Positions 63,431 through 64,000 of a stretch of DNA of 64,000 nt are shown here, one piece after another. Every line of letters begins with the position of its first letter. Within the stretch, counting starts at the first letter, position 1. The notes beneath the pieces were generated by a model. That model was not told the DNA's origin and searched no databases. It was given only the letters and a program-made list of their open reading frames with translations. Location: NCBI RefSeq assembly GCF_036971445.1, contig NC_091473.1, forward strand, positions 206,212,001 to 206,276,000. Direction: 5' to 3'. The DNA is from Narcine bancroftii. Its lineage: Eukaryota. The translations under genes and the position numbers were made by a program.

Positions 63431-64000
63431 AAGCGAATAAACACACCATTAAATGGTCGATAGCGTGATTCACTGGTAAGCTTACATTATTAACATGATC
63501 CTAGCATTATATCATGAACATTATTAGAGACACGATCAAGCCCGGTGAAAATAAATTGGCCATATTTGATTTAACGAGCATGTTCGCCAATCATAAGGAG
63601 TGAAATAATAAATCTCATGAGGCCAGTTCGGCTGAATATAAGGGCAACGTCATTTGTAAAATCAATAACAAAAATTAGAATAAACCGAAAAATAAAGGCT
63701 GAAAGCATGACAAGGATATTTAAATCGATTAACGGAGCTGCTGTTTCTAAATGGAAAACTTCCATCGAAAGAGTGAAAAATGTGTTTGCAGCGGAACATG
63801 ATATATGGACTATCCACTTAAAAAGCGCCAGTGTGAGATGAATAATGACCGGGCCAACTATTCTAAGGTCTATTTAGTAATAAACGGCGGATTAACGTAA
63901 ATAATGCGAAACGTGCAAAAATAAAGGATGAGCCATTGGCATGCTATTCCATATAGTTATGCTGGTCACATCTGCCATGTTTTCAACCACAGGGCCTCAG

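Larger units (their letters stand above)
59533..63960 (+). repeat. Old segmental duplication, copy B (paralogous to 1981-8260)
   Basis: Same collinear blocks as copy A. It lacks the solo LTR and contains the same two V segments. Confidence 0.85.

Overview
This is vertebrate genomic DNA, most likely from a cartilaginous fish (shark or ray, inferred from the V-gene type and the CR1/L1/RTE/Rex1/Penelope/V-SINE/ERV landscape). It covers part of a T-cell receptor alpha/delta variable (V) gene cluster. All V segments lie on the + strand. One V gene is fully intact: leader 18563-18608, 84-bp intron, V exon 18693-18999 and a recombination signal sequence (RSS) CACACTG-22bp-ACAAAAACG. About 13 further V pseudogenes or relics are recognisable at varying confidence, several of them cut by retroelement insertions. 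The two ends of the window (~2-8.3 kb and ~59.5-64 kb) are old paralogous copies of one V-containing block. Most of the remaining DNA is nested transposable elements: a 5.5-kb internally deleted env-bearing endogenous retrovirus (ERV) inside an L1, an inverted solo LTR of that ERV, a second ERV remnant abutting the intact V promoter, a near-full-length L1 inserted at the Cys104 codon of a V gene, young RTE LINEs (one with a twin-priming-type 5' inversion), a Gypsy element split by CR1, and solo LTRs. I found no credible D, J or C segments and no NAR-TCR or IgH-like V. I cannot demonstrate a wholly new biological system; the strongest leads are listed under findings. Several N-gaps limit the interpretation.
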